Shown: piece by piece, positions 47,980 through 57,657 of the stretch
Position numbering within the stretch: position 1 is the stretch's first letter
Layout of the letters: every line of letters starts with the position of its first letter
From: Pelagomonas calceolata
Lineage: Eukaryota
NCBI GenBank assembly: GCA_918797485.1
Contig: CAKKNE010000006.1
Location: 992,001-1,056,000 of the forward strand
Direction of reading: 5' to 3'
Length of the DNA: 64,000 nt
Notes under the pieces: generated by a model
Databases searched by the model: none
The model's input: the letters and a program-made list of their open reading frames with translations, nothing else
What the model was told of the DNA's origin: nothing
Position numbers and translations under genes: made by a program

Positions 47980-50166
47980 ATGCGGCGGCTCATACTCCTG
48001 CTTTTACTTCGGACGCCCGCCGCCGAGCCGCAGACATGCCCCGAAATCGAGATGGAGCAGCCCCAGGCCTGTCCGCAATCGGTGGAGATGACCAAGCCCG
48101 TCCGCGTCTTGGTCGCGGTGCGGTCGACGCGGCGCGAGCGGCGCGACGCCATCCGCGACACGTGGTGTCAAGCGGCCGCCCGCGTCGCCGCGTGGAGCAA
48201 TGTATCAATAGCGGTCCGTTTCTGGGTCGGCGGGGGCAGCTTGGTGGAGGACGCCAGATATGGTGCGGAGTCGGAGCTCTTCGGAGACGTGGCGCACACG
48301 ACACATATCGCTGCGGACGACGATGTGGCGCTCGCTCAAGCGGCGCTCCGCTCGTTCGACCTGCACGCGGCGGCGCCGACGCACTGGGCGACCGTCGACG
48401 ACGCCACGTATGTTTACGTCGACCGCCTCGCGGCGAGCCTGGCGTCGGCAGATGAGAAGACGTGTCGGCGGGCGGGCGGCAGCGCTTTACTGGGACGCGC
48501 CGCGGCGGTGGCGGCTCTGAGCGCGGAACCGTGGCTTGGCGCGTGTGACGACGCCTCACACCTCTTCCACGCGGCCCGCGGGCGCCGCACCCCCGAGAAC
48601 GCGCGCCGCGTCTCCACGGACACCGTGGCGGTGGCCGGCTTCGAGCCCGGCGAGTTCGCCCTTCTGGAGCAGGGTGAGGACGTCGACGCCGCGCTCACGT
48701 ATCATGATGATGGTCGAGTCCACGAGTGGGTCGTGGAAGAGAACGTAAGGGTCGAGGTCCCGGCGACGTGCGCGGCGCGCAATATAATAAGGGACCGCGT
48801 CTGCGCCGCCTGCGCCGAGATCGGTGAGAAATGTGGCGCCGTCCTCGACGGCGTCGGGCGCCTGGCCCGGCGGCTACACGGCGTGGCGAACTGCACGATG
48901 GGAGGCGCGCCCTGCCGCGCGGCGCGTCCCACAAGACCGATCATGACGTTGGGTTTCGGCGACGCGTCGACCGTCGACCTGTGGAAGCGCTGCGCTTTTG
49001 AGGACGAGGACGGCGACGGCGCCTGCGACGCGCAGCGAGCGCAAGCGGCGCTCCGGCGGCGCGCGCTGCGGCGCACGCACGACGAGCTCATGAACGGCTC
49101 GGAAGCAAGCGGGGGCGCCTGCGCCGAGGTGCGATATGACTTGCGGGACGCTCTGGTCGAGGCGGCGCGCGGGGCCCTGCGCGGCGTCGAAGAAGTCGCG
49201 CTGTGGGACTTTCCGGCGCACGGCAACCGGGGCGACTCGGCGATCTGGAGCGGCGAGGTCGCGCTGCTTCGCCGACTGAACGTGAGCGTGCGGACGGACC
49301 TCGTATGTTCGTCCTTCGTGCCGGTCGCGGCGGCGCCGGCCTGCGACGGGTGGTTGGAGGACGAAGGTCAAAGGCTCCGGCGCGCGTTCCCGCCGTCCTC
49401 AAAACGGGCGCTCGTGCTGCACGGCGGCGGCAACGTCGGGCCCGAGTACCCCCCGTACGAAGAGTTCCGCAAAAATGTTGTAGAGACGTTCGGCCGGGAC
49501 TACCGCATCGTGCTCATGCCGCAGACGGTGACGTACGCGGACGAGATGGCGTCTTCATTGAACTTCTGGCGCGCGGCGGCGAACGCGACGCTGCTCGGCC
49601 GGGACGCGCTTTCAGCCAAGTTGCTCCACGTCCACGCGTGCGGCGGGGGCGTTTTTTGTCGAGCGGCGCTGGCGCCCGACGCCGCCTTCGCGCTGACGTC
49701 CGTCGCGCCGTCTCCATCAGAGAGGGAGGTCCTCTGGCTCGCGCGGGGCGACGCGGAACGGGCCCAAACCGTCGACCGGGCCGCGATGGCGGCGGCGGCG
49801 GCGGATGTGAGTATAAGGTGGGACGACCTCCAGCCGGGCGAGGGGCCGGGCGACGTCGAGGCCTTCTGCTCCGACGAGGGCCACTGCGTCCTCGACGACC
49901 TCCGGGGCGAGCCCCACCTCCTCGCCGCGCACCGCGTGGGCGAGGCCTTTGCGTCCCTTGGGCACTCGGCGGCGGTCGTCACGGACCGACTCCACGGCGT
50001 CATCCTTGCGCTGCTCGCGGGCCGGTCCGTCGCGGCCCTAGATGTGCGCAACCGGAAAGTGTCGCGCTTCGTCGACACGTGGCTCCGCGACGCGCCGCGC
50101 TCGTGCGCGGCCGTGTACGCCTCGCCGGCGGAGGCGCTCGGGGCCGCGCTCGCGCTTGTGGGTTAA
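47980..50166 (+). CDS. Secreted fusion: GT31 (galactosyltransferase)-like N-terminal domain + polysaccharide pyruvyltransferase
   Basis: GT31-like: RRDAIRDTW..VRFWVG..ESELFGD..VDDATYVYVDRL. Pyruvyltransferase: DFPAHGNRGDSAIW, HGGGNVG, MPQTV, RD..S, PDAAF, VTDRLHGVIL. Confidence 0.8.
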   Translation: MRRLILLLLLRTPAAEPQTCPEIEMEQPQACPQSVEMTKPVRVLVAVRSTRRERRDAIRDTWCQAAARVAAWSNVSIAVRFWVGGGSLVEDARYGAESELFGDVAHTTHIAADDDVALAQAALRSFDLHAAAPTHWATVDDATYVYVDRLAASLASADEKTCRRAGGSALLGRAAAVAALSAEPWLGACDDASHLFHAARGRRTPENARRVSTDTVAVAGFEPGEFALLEQGEDVDAALTYHDDGRVHEWVVEENVRVEVPATCAARNIIRDRVCAACAEIGEKCGAVLDGVGRLARRLHGVANCTMGGAPCRAARPTRPIMTLGFGDASTVDLWKRCAFEDEDGDGACDAQRAQAALRRRALRRTHDELMNGSEASGGACAEVRYDLRDALVEAARGALRGVEEVALWDFPAHGNRGDSAIWSGEVALLRRLNVSVRTDLVCSSFVPVAAAPACDGWLEDEGQRLRRAFPPSSKRALVLHGGGNVGPEYPPYEEFRKNVVETFGRDYRIVLMPQTVTYADEMASSLNFWRAAANATLLGRDALSAKLLHVHACGGGVFCRAALAPDAAFALTSVAPSPSEREVLWLARGDAERAQTVDRAAMAAAAADVSIRWDDLQPGEGPGDVEAFCSDEGHCVLDDLRGEPHLLAAHRVGEAFASLGHSAAVVTDRLHGVILALLAGRSVAALDVRNRKVSRFVDTWLRDAPRSCAAVYASPAEALGAALALVG

Positions 50167-50442
50167 TGTGGTAGTTCTTGAGTACACCGTATCCGATGAA
50201 TTGTAGACTGGGAGGCCCGCCTTTGTGTATGAATATCATGGTCTTCTTGGAATTGCCAAGCTTTTTCACATGCGCTTGGAGAAGGCAATCCGGGTAGGAC
50301 TCGTGGGCGGACCCCCAGGCAGGGGGAGGAACCCGCGCGTCACTGACGGGCGCTGTTGCTAGATTTGCTAGCGTCTTACAGCCGCTAGCTGTCCCGTCTC
50401 GACGATGTGGGGCAGCCCAGCTCGTGCAGCCCTGGCCCAGCA

Positions 50443-51312
50443 ATGCTACGAGCCCTGCTCTGGCTCCCGGCCCTGTCCCATGCTGCCGGCTGGGGCGTCG
50501 ACCTCCCGCGGAACGCGAGCCAAGTGCTGCTGAACCTTGGCTGTAACCTGGCGCCTGTGCTGCCGGACGACGCCAACGACGACGCGGTGGTGCTGTGCTT
50601 CGAGCCGATCCCGTCCGTGGTCAGACGCATCCCCGCGCACCCGCGGCTGAGGACGATCCCGGCGGCGGTCTCCTCCTTCGACGGCGTGGCGACGATGCAC
50701 ACCTACGCCAAGAACGCGCAGTCCTCGAGCCTCGGCGCGCGTGCGAAGGAGATGGACTGGAACGACGACCCCGCGCGCGGCGACGGCGACCAGTTCGTCG
50801 TGCCCGTGCTGTCGCTCCGGAGCATCTACGCCAGCCTCGGGCCTGATATACATGTCCCGTACATCAAGACGGACATGCAGGGCGCCGACTACGCCGCGAT
50901 CTCGTCGCTGCCCGTGGACGTTTTACGCAGGACGCCCTTCCTCCTGACGGAGGTGTGGCTCGAGAACGTGCAGTCCTACGTCGGGTTTCGGAACGACTTC
51001 TGCCGGGACTGGCTGCCCTTCATGACGGCCGCGGGCTACTCGCTCCAATTCATGCGTTTGATATATAGAGAGCACGACAACGATTTAGATCAAACGCAGC
51101 GGGACGCCTGGTCGGCGCCCTGGGCAGCGGACCCGCACGCGAGGTGCGCGGAGGACCTGGCCCTCTATCCGACGCCGACGACGGGCTGCCACGAGGCCGA
51201 CGCGCACTGGATCCGCAACGACACGTTAGCGGACATCGCCGCGTTCCGCGGGCCGAAGCGGCCGCCCGTGAAGGAGTGGACGGACTGGCCCATGTCCTGG
51301 CATAATAGTTAG
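50443..51312 (+). CDS. Secreted FkbM-like methyltransferase
   Basis: Signal peptide MLRALLWLPALSHA; LNLGCN, CFEP, PAAVS, SSSL, VPVLSL, IKTDMQGAD. Confidence 0.78.
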   Translation: MLRALLWLPALSHAAGWGVDLPRNASQVLLNLGCNLAPVLPDDANDDAVVLCFEPIPSVVRRIPAHPRLRTIPAAVSSFDGVATMHTYAKNAQSSSLGARAKEMDWNDDPARGDGDQFVVPVLSLRSIYASLGPDIHVPYIKTDMQGADYAAISSLPVDVLRRTPFLLTEVWLENVQSYVGFRNDFCRDWLPFMTAAGYSLQFMRLIYREHDNDLDQTQRDAWSAPWAADPHARCAEDLALYPTPTTGCHEADAHWIRNDTLADIAAFRGPKRPPVKEWTDWPMSWHNS

Positions 51313-52518
51313 TTAGCTTAGTACATACCGCCCCCCGCGCTTCCGGAACCGCTGCGACGTAGCCGTCGCGGCGAGCATGCCCGCGAAGCGCGCGTCGAAC
51401 AGGACCTTCGCCTCGTCGTAGAGGCGCTGGTCGACGGCGTTGAGCTCCCGGAGGCGCGCGAGCGCCGCCGCGTCCGGCGCGCGCCGCCGGCCGAGCTTCG
51501 GGTGCGGCGCGTCCGCGAAGCTCCGGAAGTTGCGAAGCGGCCCGGGGAACGTCTCCTTGAGCAGCAGCATGGACTCATCGAAGCGGTCGAGGACGCCCAC
51601 GAAGACGCACGCCCGCAAATTTTGGGAGGCGGCGTCGTAGAGGCGCGCGTCGCCGGCTGCCGTGCCCTCGCCCTCGGCGAGTTCGCCGGTCGTCGCCAGG
51701 CCCGCCAGGAACCGCGCCTGCCGGTTCGAGGCGCCCACGCGGCACGCTGTACACATCAACCAATCTGACAAAGACGCCCTGGTCCGGTCCGTGAAGTCGT
51801 AGTCCCACGCCTTCCCGAAGACGTGCGGCCCGAACTGGGCCACGAGGCCGTTCGTGATGTGGTCGTGCTCGCTGAGCGCGCGTTTGACGGGGTCCCGCAG
51901 GAAGGCCAGGTAGTGGACCCTCCCGTTCCTGTTGACGCTCTCGAAGGCCCGCTGATAATCATGGAGGTTCGCGTGGGCCCGCACGAAGAGGTGGCACTTG
52001 CGCTCCTTCGACGCTTTTATGAACGCGTCCCTGAGGACGTTCTCGCACCGGTGGCCGCAGAAGGGCCCCCGCACGCACCGCCGCGGGCCCCAGGCGCCTC
52101 CATCAAAAACGTCCAACAGCGTCGTCCAGAGCGTCTGCGAGCCCGTCTTCTGGGCCCGCAGGTAGACGACCCAGTCGTCTTTTGTGATTTCTACCGGGCG
52201 CCAGGCGTCGTTTCGTCCAGGCGCCGGCGCGGGGCGTTGCGGTGCGCGGTCGACGCGGCGCGGCGGCGGCGGAGCGCGCTGTGGCTCGCGGCTCGCGTCG
52301 GCGCGCCGCGGCGGCGGCGCGGCCGGCCGTCGGAGCTGCTCCTGCAACCGCGCGATGGTCCGGTTCTGTCGATCCACGACGCGCGCCAACTCGTGGGCGT
52401 CGATGCGCGGCGGCGCGTCGCGTCCGAGCAGCAGGGGTGCCAGGAGCGTGAGCAGTGCGCACAGGCCCAGCGCCAGGGCGACGCGCGGCAGCCCCGCATT
52501 GGTGCTGCGGCGCCCCAT
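51313..52518 (-). CDS. Type II membrane carbohydrate sulfotransferase (heparan-sulfate 6-O-ST / Sulfotransfer_2-like)
   Basis: N-terminal TM and stem; 5'-PSB QKTGSQT; 3'-PB LRDPVKRALS; NRQARFLAG; FVGVLD; LNAVDQRLY. Confidence 0.85.
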   Translation of the reverse strand: MGRRSTNAGLPRVALALGLCALLTLLAPLLLGRDAPPRIDAHELARVVDRQNRTIARLQEQLRRPAAPPPRRADASREPQRAPPPPRRVDRAPQRPAPAPGRNDAWRPVEITKDDWVVYLRAQKTGSQTLWTTLLDVFDGGAWGPRRCVRGPFCGHRCENVLRDAFIKASKERKCHLFVRAHANLHDYQRAFESVNRNGRVHYLAFLRDPVKRALSEHDHITNGLVAQFGPHVFGKAWDYDFTDRTRASLSDWLMCTACRVGASNRQARFLAGLATTGELAEGEGTAAGDARLYDAASQNLRACVFVGVLDRFDESMLLLKETFPGPLRNFRSFADAPHPKLGRRRAPDAAALARLRELNAVDQRLYDEAKVLFDARFAGMLAATATSQRFRKRGGRYVLS

Positions 52519-52795
52519 GAATCACGGAGCCATCGTCTGTCGCCGCAGGGCAGCGCGGGGCAGCCGTAAACGCTGTCGACGTAGAAACCCGCGAGCTCTG
52601 GAGGCTCGGGGCTCAATCGCTAGTGATTTATGCAGCCGTACGCGGGGTGGCAGCCGATCTAGCGGCTGTAAGTCACTAGCAGGAGCGCCTCGGCGCGTAA
52701 CGCAAGGCAGGAACCAACGCCGAACGAGCATTGGCAGCCCAAGCGGTGGCAAGCAATCCGCTCGCAAACTCACGCGTCGAGGCTGCCCCGAGTTC

Positions 52796-55607
52796 ATGGA
52801 GGCCCTCTCGCCCCCCCGCCGGCCGCGGCCGACGACGCCGGACAGCCGCGGCCGCGACCGGAAGGAGTCGAAGTTCGCCGGCGAGGCCATCACGAACGTC
52901 CTGGCGCAGCACCAGCAGCAGGAGGCCGCGCGGCGGGACGACGAGCGCCGGCAGAAGCTCAAGCAGCGGGAGCACGCGCGCGCCGCGGCGCGGAACCCCT
53001 ACGATCGACTCCTCGAAAACCAGCAGGCCGAGTGGATGCGGAAGAAGGACCGGCGCAGCGCCGTCATATCGTTGCTGCGGAGCGTCGGCGAGCAGCTCCG
53101 CAAGACGAAGAACCCGCCGCTGTCCCGGGACGCCGAGGCCCTCGGCGAGACCTGGGCCGCCCAGCCCAAGTTCGCCGGCGCGACGCGGTCCGACTACGAC
53201 GGCGGGGCGCGGCTGAGCTGGCGCGGCGTCGACCTGGCGCGGACGCTCTTCGACGCCTTCGACGCCGACGCCGACGGGCGGTGGACCTACTCCGACTTCA
53301 AGAGGTATCTCGAGGCCGTGGGCCGCCCGGGTGAGTTCGAGCCCGTCGTCCTCGACTCCGCGGAGGCGTTCCGGTGCTACTGCGACGACCTCTTCGGCAC
53401 GGACGAGCGCGGCCTGCTGGCCTTCGAGCACTTCCTCGCCTACCGCGAAGACGTCGAAGCCGCGGCGCCGGTCGAGGCCGACGTCCTGGCCTGCGGCCTG
53501 TCGGCGGCGCCGGCGGCCCTGGACGAGTGGGCGCGCGTCCGCGACGCGTGGGACGCGCTCGAGGGCCACTACGAGGACGCGGATCGGCCGCCGCACACGC
53601 TACCCGCATCATGTTTCCGCGAGCTCTGCTACGACTGCCGCCTGACGCTGACGGAGGAGGAATGCGACATGTGCTGGCGCGTGCACGTCCGTAAGAACGG
53701 CCTGATGGTCGAGCTGCGCGAGGAGTACAAACACAAGCACCGCTTCGGCTTCCACCAGCCATCTTCCGTAACGAGCGATGCGGCGTTCGTCTACAAGGAC
53801 GCCTTCGTGGCGTGGTGGTTCGCCGGCCGCGCGCACGAGAAGCGGGCCTACTTTAGGGAAAAGGCGACGGGGTCGCTGCTCGGGCTGCGGTCCTTTCTGA
53901 GAGGCGCCTTCACTATGGGAAGACGGGGCTACGAGCGCGTCAAGCGGGCCGTGGACCGGGGTTTGTTGGATAAGGTTAAGCTGGCCATGGTCAAGGAACG
54001 CCTCGCGACGCTGGACTTTAGTTTTGAAGTGGGCGACGAGGGCAAAGATTTACAGGACGAGGAGGGGAAGATCGGCGTCGAGATCGACGTCGAGCACGGC
54101 GACGACGCCACGTCCACGAAAGCGAAACTGCAGGTGCCGTCGCAGTGCGCGGCCTCCGTCTCGATCGACCTGCCCGCGCGCGAGGACGCGGACCCCGACG
54201 AGGTGCGCCGGTTGCGGAAGGACCTGAAACTCTTTCTGGACAAGTACGTGGTGCCGCATGTCCAGGAGCTCACGCCGGGCTTCCAGCAGGTGCGGGTCGT
54301 CAAGGTGCTGCCCTACGTGCCGCCCGAGGACGACGCCGCCGCCTCGAAGAAGAAGTTCAACACGCCGGAGCCCGTCGACGAGGACGAAGAGGACGAGCCC
54401 GAGACCATCCGCGTGCAGTTCCTGTGGAAGTCCGAGGCGAACGTGGATTATTTCCTGCGGCGGCGCGTGGGGTTGGGGCTGGGCCTGGCTTCCCTCTTGC
54501 CGGAGTTCGCCTGCTCGCTGCGGTGCGCCACGCCCCTCGAGGACCTGCTGGAGAACACGCGCGTCGTGGTCGGCGCGCCGGACTTCTCGCTGCGATTGGC
54601 GGTGCACGCCATCTACGCGCGGTCCGTGCTCCACCGCGTCGGGGAGGAGGTCCTGCACGCGCGCGACGAGGACGCCGCCCTCAAGAAGGCGGATCGCGAT
54701 GGTCGGCAACTGGCGCACGCGCGGGCGCTGCGGCGGTCGGTTGAGTCGCACGGCGCTTTGCTGAAAGAGGGCGAGCGGCCCATCGCGGGCATCACGGGCT
54801 ACGAGGCGCCGGCTGTCAACGTATCGAAGGCCCGTGAGGCGTTCGATACTGCCGAAGCAAAAGTGACGCGGGGCCTGCTGTGGGGTTTCGTCCGGTGGTG
54901 CCGATGCCGTGTTCTTTTGATATTCCACGCCATCGACGCGACGATGATCTCATACGCGCAGGCTCGGCAGCACGAAGGCGCAAAAGCTCGACCTGTCATT
55001 TAGGGACCTGCGCGAGTGCATCCTGGGGAGCCCCGCGGTGCTCGCGCGCGTGCCGGCGACGTGGCTGCCCGCTCTTAGAGCGCTTCTGGAAAGCCGAGGC
55101 GGCGTCGCCAAGTGGTGGCACCGCGTCCAATCGACGATGGAGGAGGAGCTCGGCGATTTGTGGGGCGAGGTCGAAGGCGTCGAGGGCGCGATCCAGGCGC
55201 GCGCCGACGCGATCGTCCAGGCCGAGCTCGACGCGTGGAACGCGCTGGACGCGGAGGAGCGGCGGCGGCGCACGTTTGAAAGGGAGAAGCAGGCCCTGGA
55301 GGCCAAGATCCTCAAAGCCGAGGTCGACGCGGCGAACCGCAAGCTGGGCATCGAGCCGGACGACCCGAAGAAGAAGAAGAAGGACGGCGACGAGTCCGAG
55401 GAGGAGGAGGCGCCCGAGGACGAGGGCGAGGTCGACTTCGTCCGGAGGCTCCGAAAGCGCCACGCGAAGACGCAGCGGCGGGTCCTGGAGATGTACCGCC
55501 GGGCGACGTCGCTGGTCTACGGCGTCTCGCAAATTACGTTGCACTCGAACGCGACCAAGGTCGAGGTGGCCCTCGAGGGGCTGGATTTGTTTGCGGAGCT
55601 GCCTTGA
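52796..55607 (+). CDS. EF-hand-containing hypothetical protein (exons 52796-54894 and 54962-55607)
   Basis: EF-hand LFDAFDADADGRWTYSDF. A 67-nt GT-AG intron at 54895-54961 joins the 52184 and 55038 ORF frames (GFVR-LGSTK). Confidence 0.7.
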
Positions 55608-55698
55608 GCTCCTCCCTGGCGCACCTCTTCGCGGCTAGACGTGCGTAATGTGATGTATCGTATCTTTAGGCTCTACTGAGAGAGTAGTTTGACGCCGC

Positions 55699-56346
55699 TC
55701 AGGCCCGCGCACGCTTTCGCGCGGGCCGGCCCGCCGCGACGGCGAAGCGCTCCTCGGGCGCGTCGGGCCGCGGCGCCGCCGCGCACTCGACGGTGACCTC
55801 GAGGGCGCCGTTTTTCATCAGTTGCAGCGGACCGCCCAGCGAAATGGACGTCGACGGTGGCGCGCCCTCGGATTCCCGCAGCGCGGCCACGAAGCGGCGC
55901 CGCGAGTCCTGGTCCAGGAGGTTTGGGAACGAGGTTCCGGTCAATCGCGTCGCGTCGGCATGTGCGCGCTTCGCCGCCGCGGGATTGGCGTAAGCGATGA
56001 CGCCAGACCCGTCGGTCGCGAAGACGGCGTCGGGATGGCAGGCGAGGACCTGTGCGGAAATCAAACAGTGAGTCGGGTGCAGAGCGGTAGTAGACCACAA
56101 CGTCACGCCATCGTCGTGACGATGGCGTGGAGGTCATGATTCAGTAGTGGTGGAGACGCGTCACGACATATTGATTTATGCACTGGTGAGGACGCTCCTT
56201 GCGTGCAGGTACTCGGCGTTTTTGGCTTTGAGGTCCTCGACGAAGGCCTTTTTTCGCTGCCTCGACAGTTGTGCGGAGCGTCTATTCGCTTCCCGCTTGA
56301 GACGCTTCTTGCGCTCCTGTTCGTCCTCTTCAGAATTCTCGTCCAT
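55699..56346 (-). CDS. bZIP-PAS transcription factor (exons 56346-56194 and 56049-55699)
   Basis: bZIP basic region RKKRLKREANRRSAQLSRQRKKAFVEDL; PAS-like HPDAVFATDGSGVIAYANPAA..LTGTSFPNLLD. Removing the intron fuses the two in frame. Confidence 0.78.
56050..56193 (-). mobile_element. Older introner element forming a 144-nt GT-AG intron
   Basis: TIRs CTGTGCGGAAATCAA / TTGATTTATGCACTG (degenerate); TSD GCGAGGAC / GTGAGGAC (7/8). Shares CAGTGAGTCGGGT and the CGCCATCG..CGATGGCG hairpin with the 23358 element. Confidence 0.82.
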
Positions 56347-56854
56347 GTTCGCGAAGGTCACTGGGAAGGTCACTGGAGTCTTTCTTGGCGGTATTCGGCG
56401 CCCGCTAGCGCCGCAACCCTGCCAGACTCAACCCCGCTCCTCGCAGCTGTTCTCGCTGCCACGGCGCTAAAAGCACTAACAAAGGTGGGGTTGCTCGAAC
56501 GCCGTTGCGTAGCGTCTACCACAAGGCTCTGGCTTGTTTCTCGTCCCCGCGCGCCGCGGCTTCTGCCTTCTGCGGCTCGGCGGTGATCGAGCTGCTGAAA
56601 TGCGGTGGCCGCGACGGCCACTAAAAAACGCAAAACGCCCATGGATCTCTCTCCCGCACGAGTCTTAACACGCGAATAAGCCTCCCTGCTGGGCGTTTGA
56701 TCTGGGGCATCTGTACACGCAGGATGCGGAGCCGAGCAAAAGACTTGTAGACCGAGCTAAAAAAGCTTGTAGAGACCTCAGTGCACGCGTAAAACTCAAG
56801 CTCTCACACCGCTGAAGACTTACCCACTTGCAATCAACCAGTGCCGTCGCAAAA

Positions 56855-57649
56855 ATGCGAAGAGCAAGGCTGCTCTGGCTGCTCACAGCCCTCCCCACTG
56901 CATTGCCGGCTGCGGCTCTCACCCCCGGCACCACCGCGTGGCTGCTCACAGCCTTGCCCACAGCCTTGCCCGCTGCGGCTCTCACCCCCGGTACCACCGC
57001 GACACCACCACCGAAAGCCACGAATTGGTGGGATGCGTTCTTCACACCTCAGCCACAACCACTCCTCGTACGAGAAAAAGACGGCATGCGCCTGAGGCGG
57101 GGCACGCGCGAGGACGCGCCGCGCATCCGCCAGCTCTGGGCCGCGAACGTGGCGCCCAATTCGCTGGGCGAGGCCTGGTCGCCGGGCGGCATCGAGACGG
57201 CCTTCGTGTACCGCAAGACGCGCGACGGCCGTGCCGCCGCGACGTCCGTCGTTGCCTATGACGAGGACCGGCGACTCGCGGGTTTCGCGGCCGCCACGGC
57301 CGCGGACGAGCCCTTCAACAACCTGGGGCCACTGGTGGAGTGGAAGACGTTTTTCGATCTCGAGGACGGCCGGAACCGGTGCCTGCTGGGGCCGATCTGC
57401 GTCGAGGCGTCGGTGCGGGGCTCGGGCCTCTTCCGCGACCTCTACGACGCGCTCCTCGTGCGGTCGGGGGACCTGGACGACGTCGCCGAGGGCGTCGTCC
57501 TGATCCACGCCGAGAACCACGCGTCGCTCACGGCGCACCGGCGGCTCGACGGCTGCACGACGCTCGGCGAGTTCGCGTCGGCGGACGGCCGGCCCTTCGT
57601 CGTCCTCGCGCTGGACCTCGCGGCCGCGCGCGCGGGGCTAAGTACTTAG
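56855..57649 (+). CDS. GNAT-family acetyltransferase with duplicated N-terminal targeting peptide
   Basis: LRRGTREDAPRI; GPICVEASVRGSGLFRDLY (acetyl-CoA motif A); IHAENHASLTAH. Confidence 0.78.
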   Translation: MRRARLLWLLTALPTALPAAALTPGTTAWLLTALPTALPAAALTPGTTATPPPKATNWWDAFFTPQPQPLLVREKDGMRLRRGTREDAPRIRQLWAANVAPNSLGEAWSPGGIETAFVYRKTRDGRAAATSVVAYDEDRRLAGFAAATAADEPFNNLGPLVEWKTFFDLEDGRNRCLLGPICVEASVRGSGLFRDLYDALLVRSGDLDDVAEGVVLIHAENHASLTAHRRLDGCTTLGEFASADGRPFVVLALDLAAARAGLST

Positions 57650-57657
57650 CAAACACA

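Noticed and set aside
55699..56346. Aureochrome
   Set aside because: The PAS domain lacks the flavin-binding GxNCRFLQ motif.
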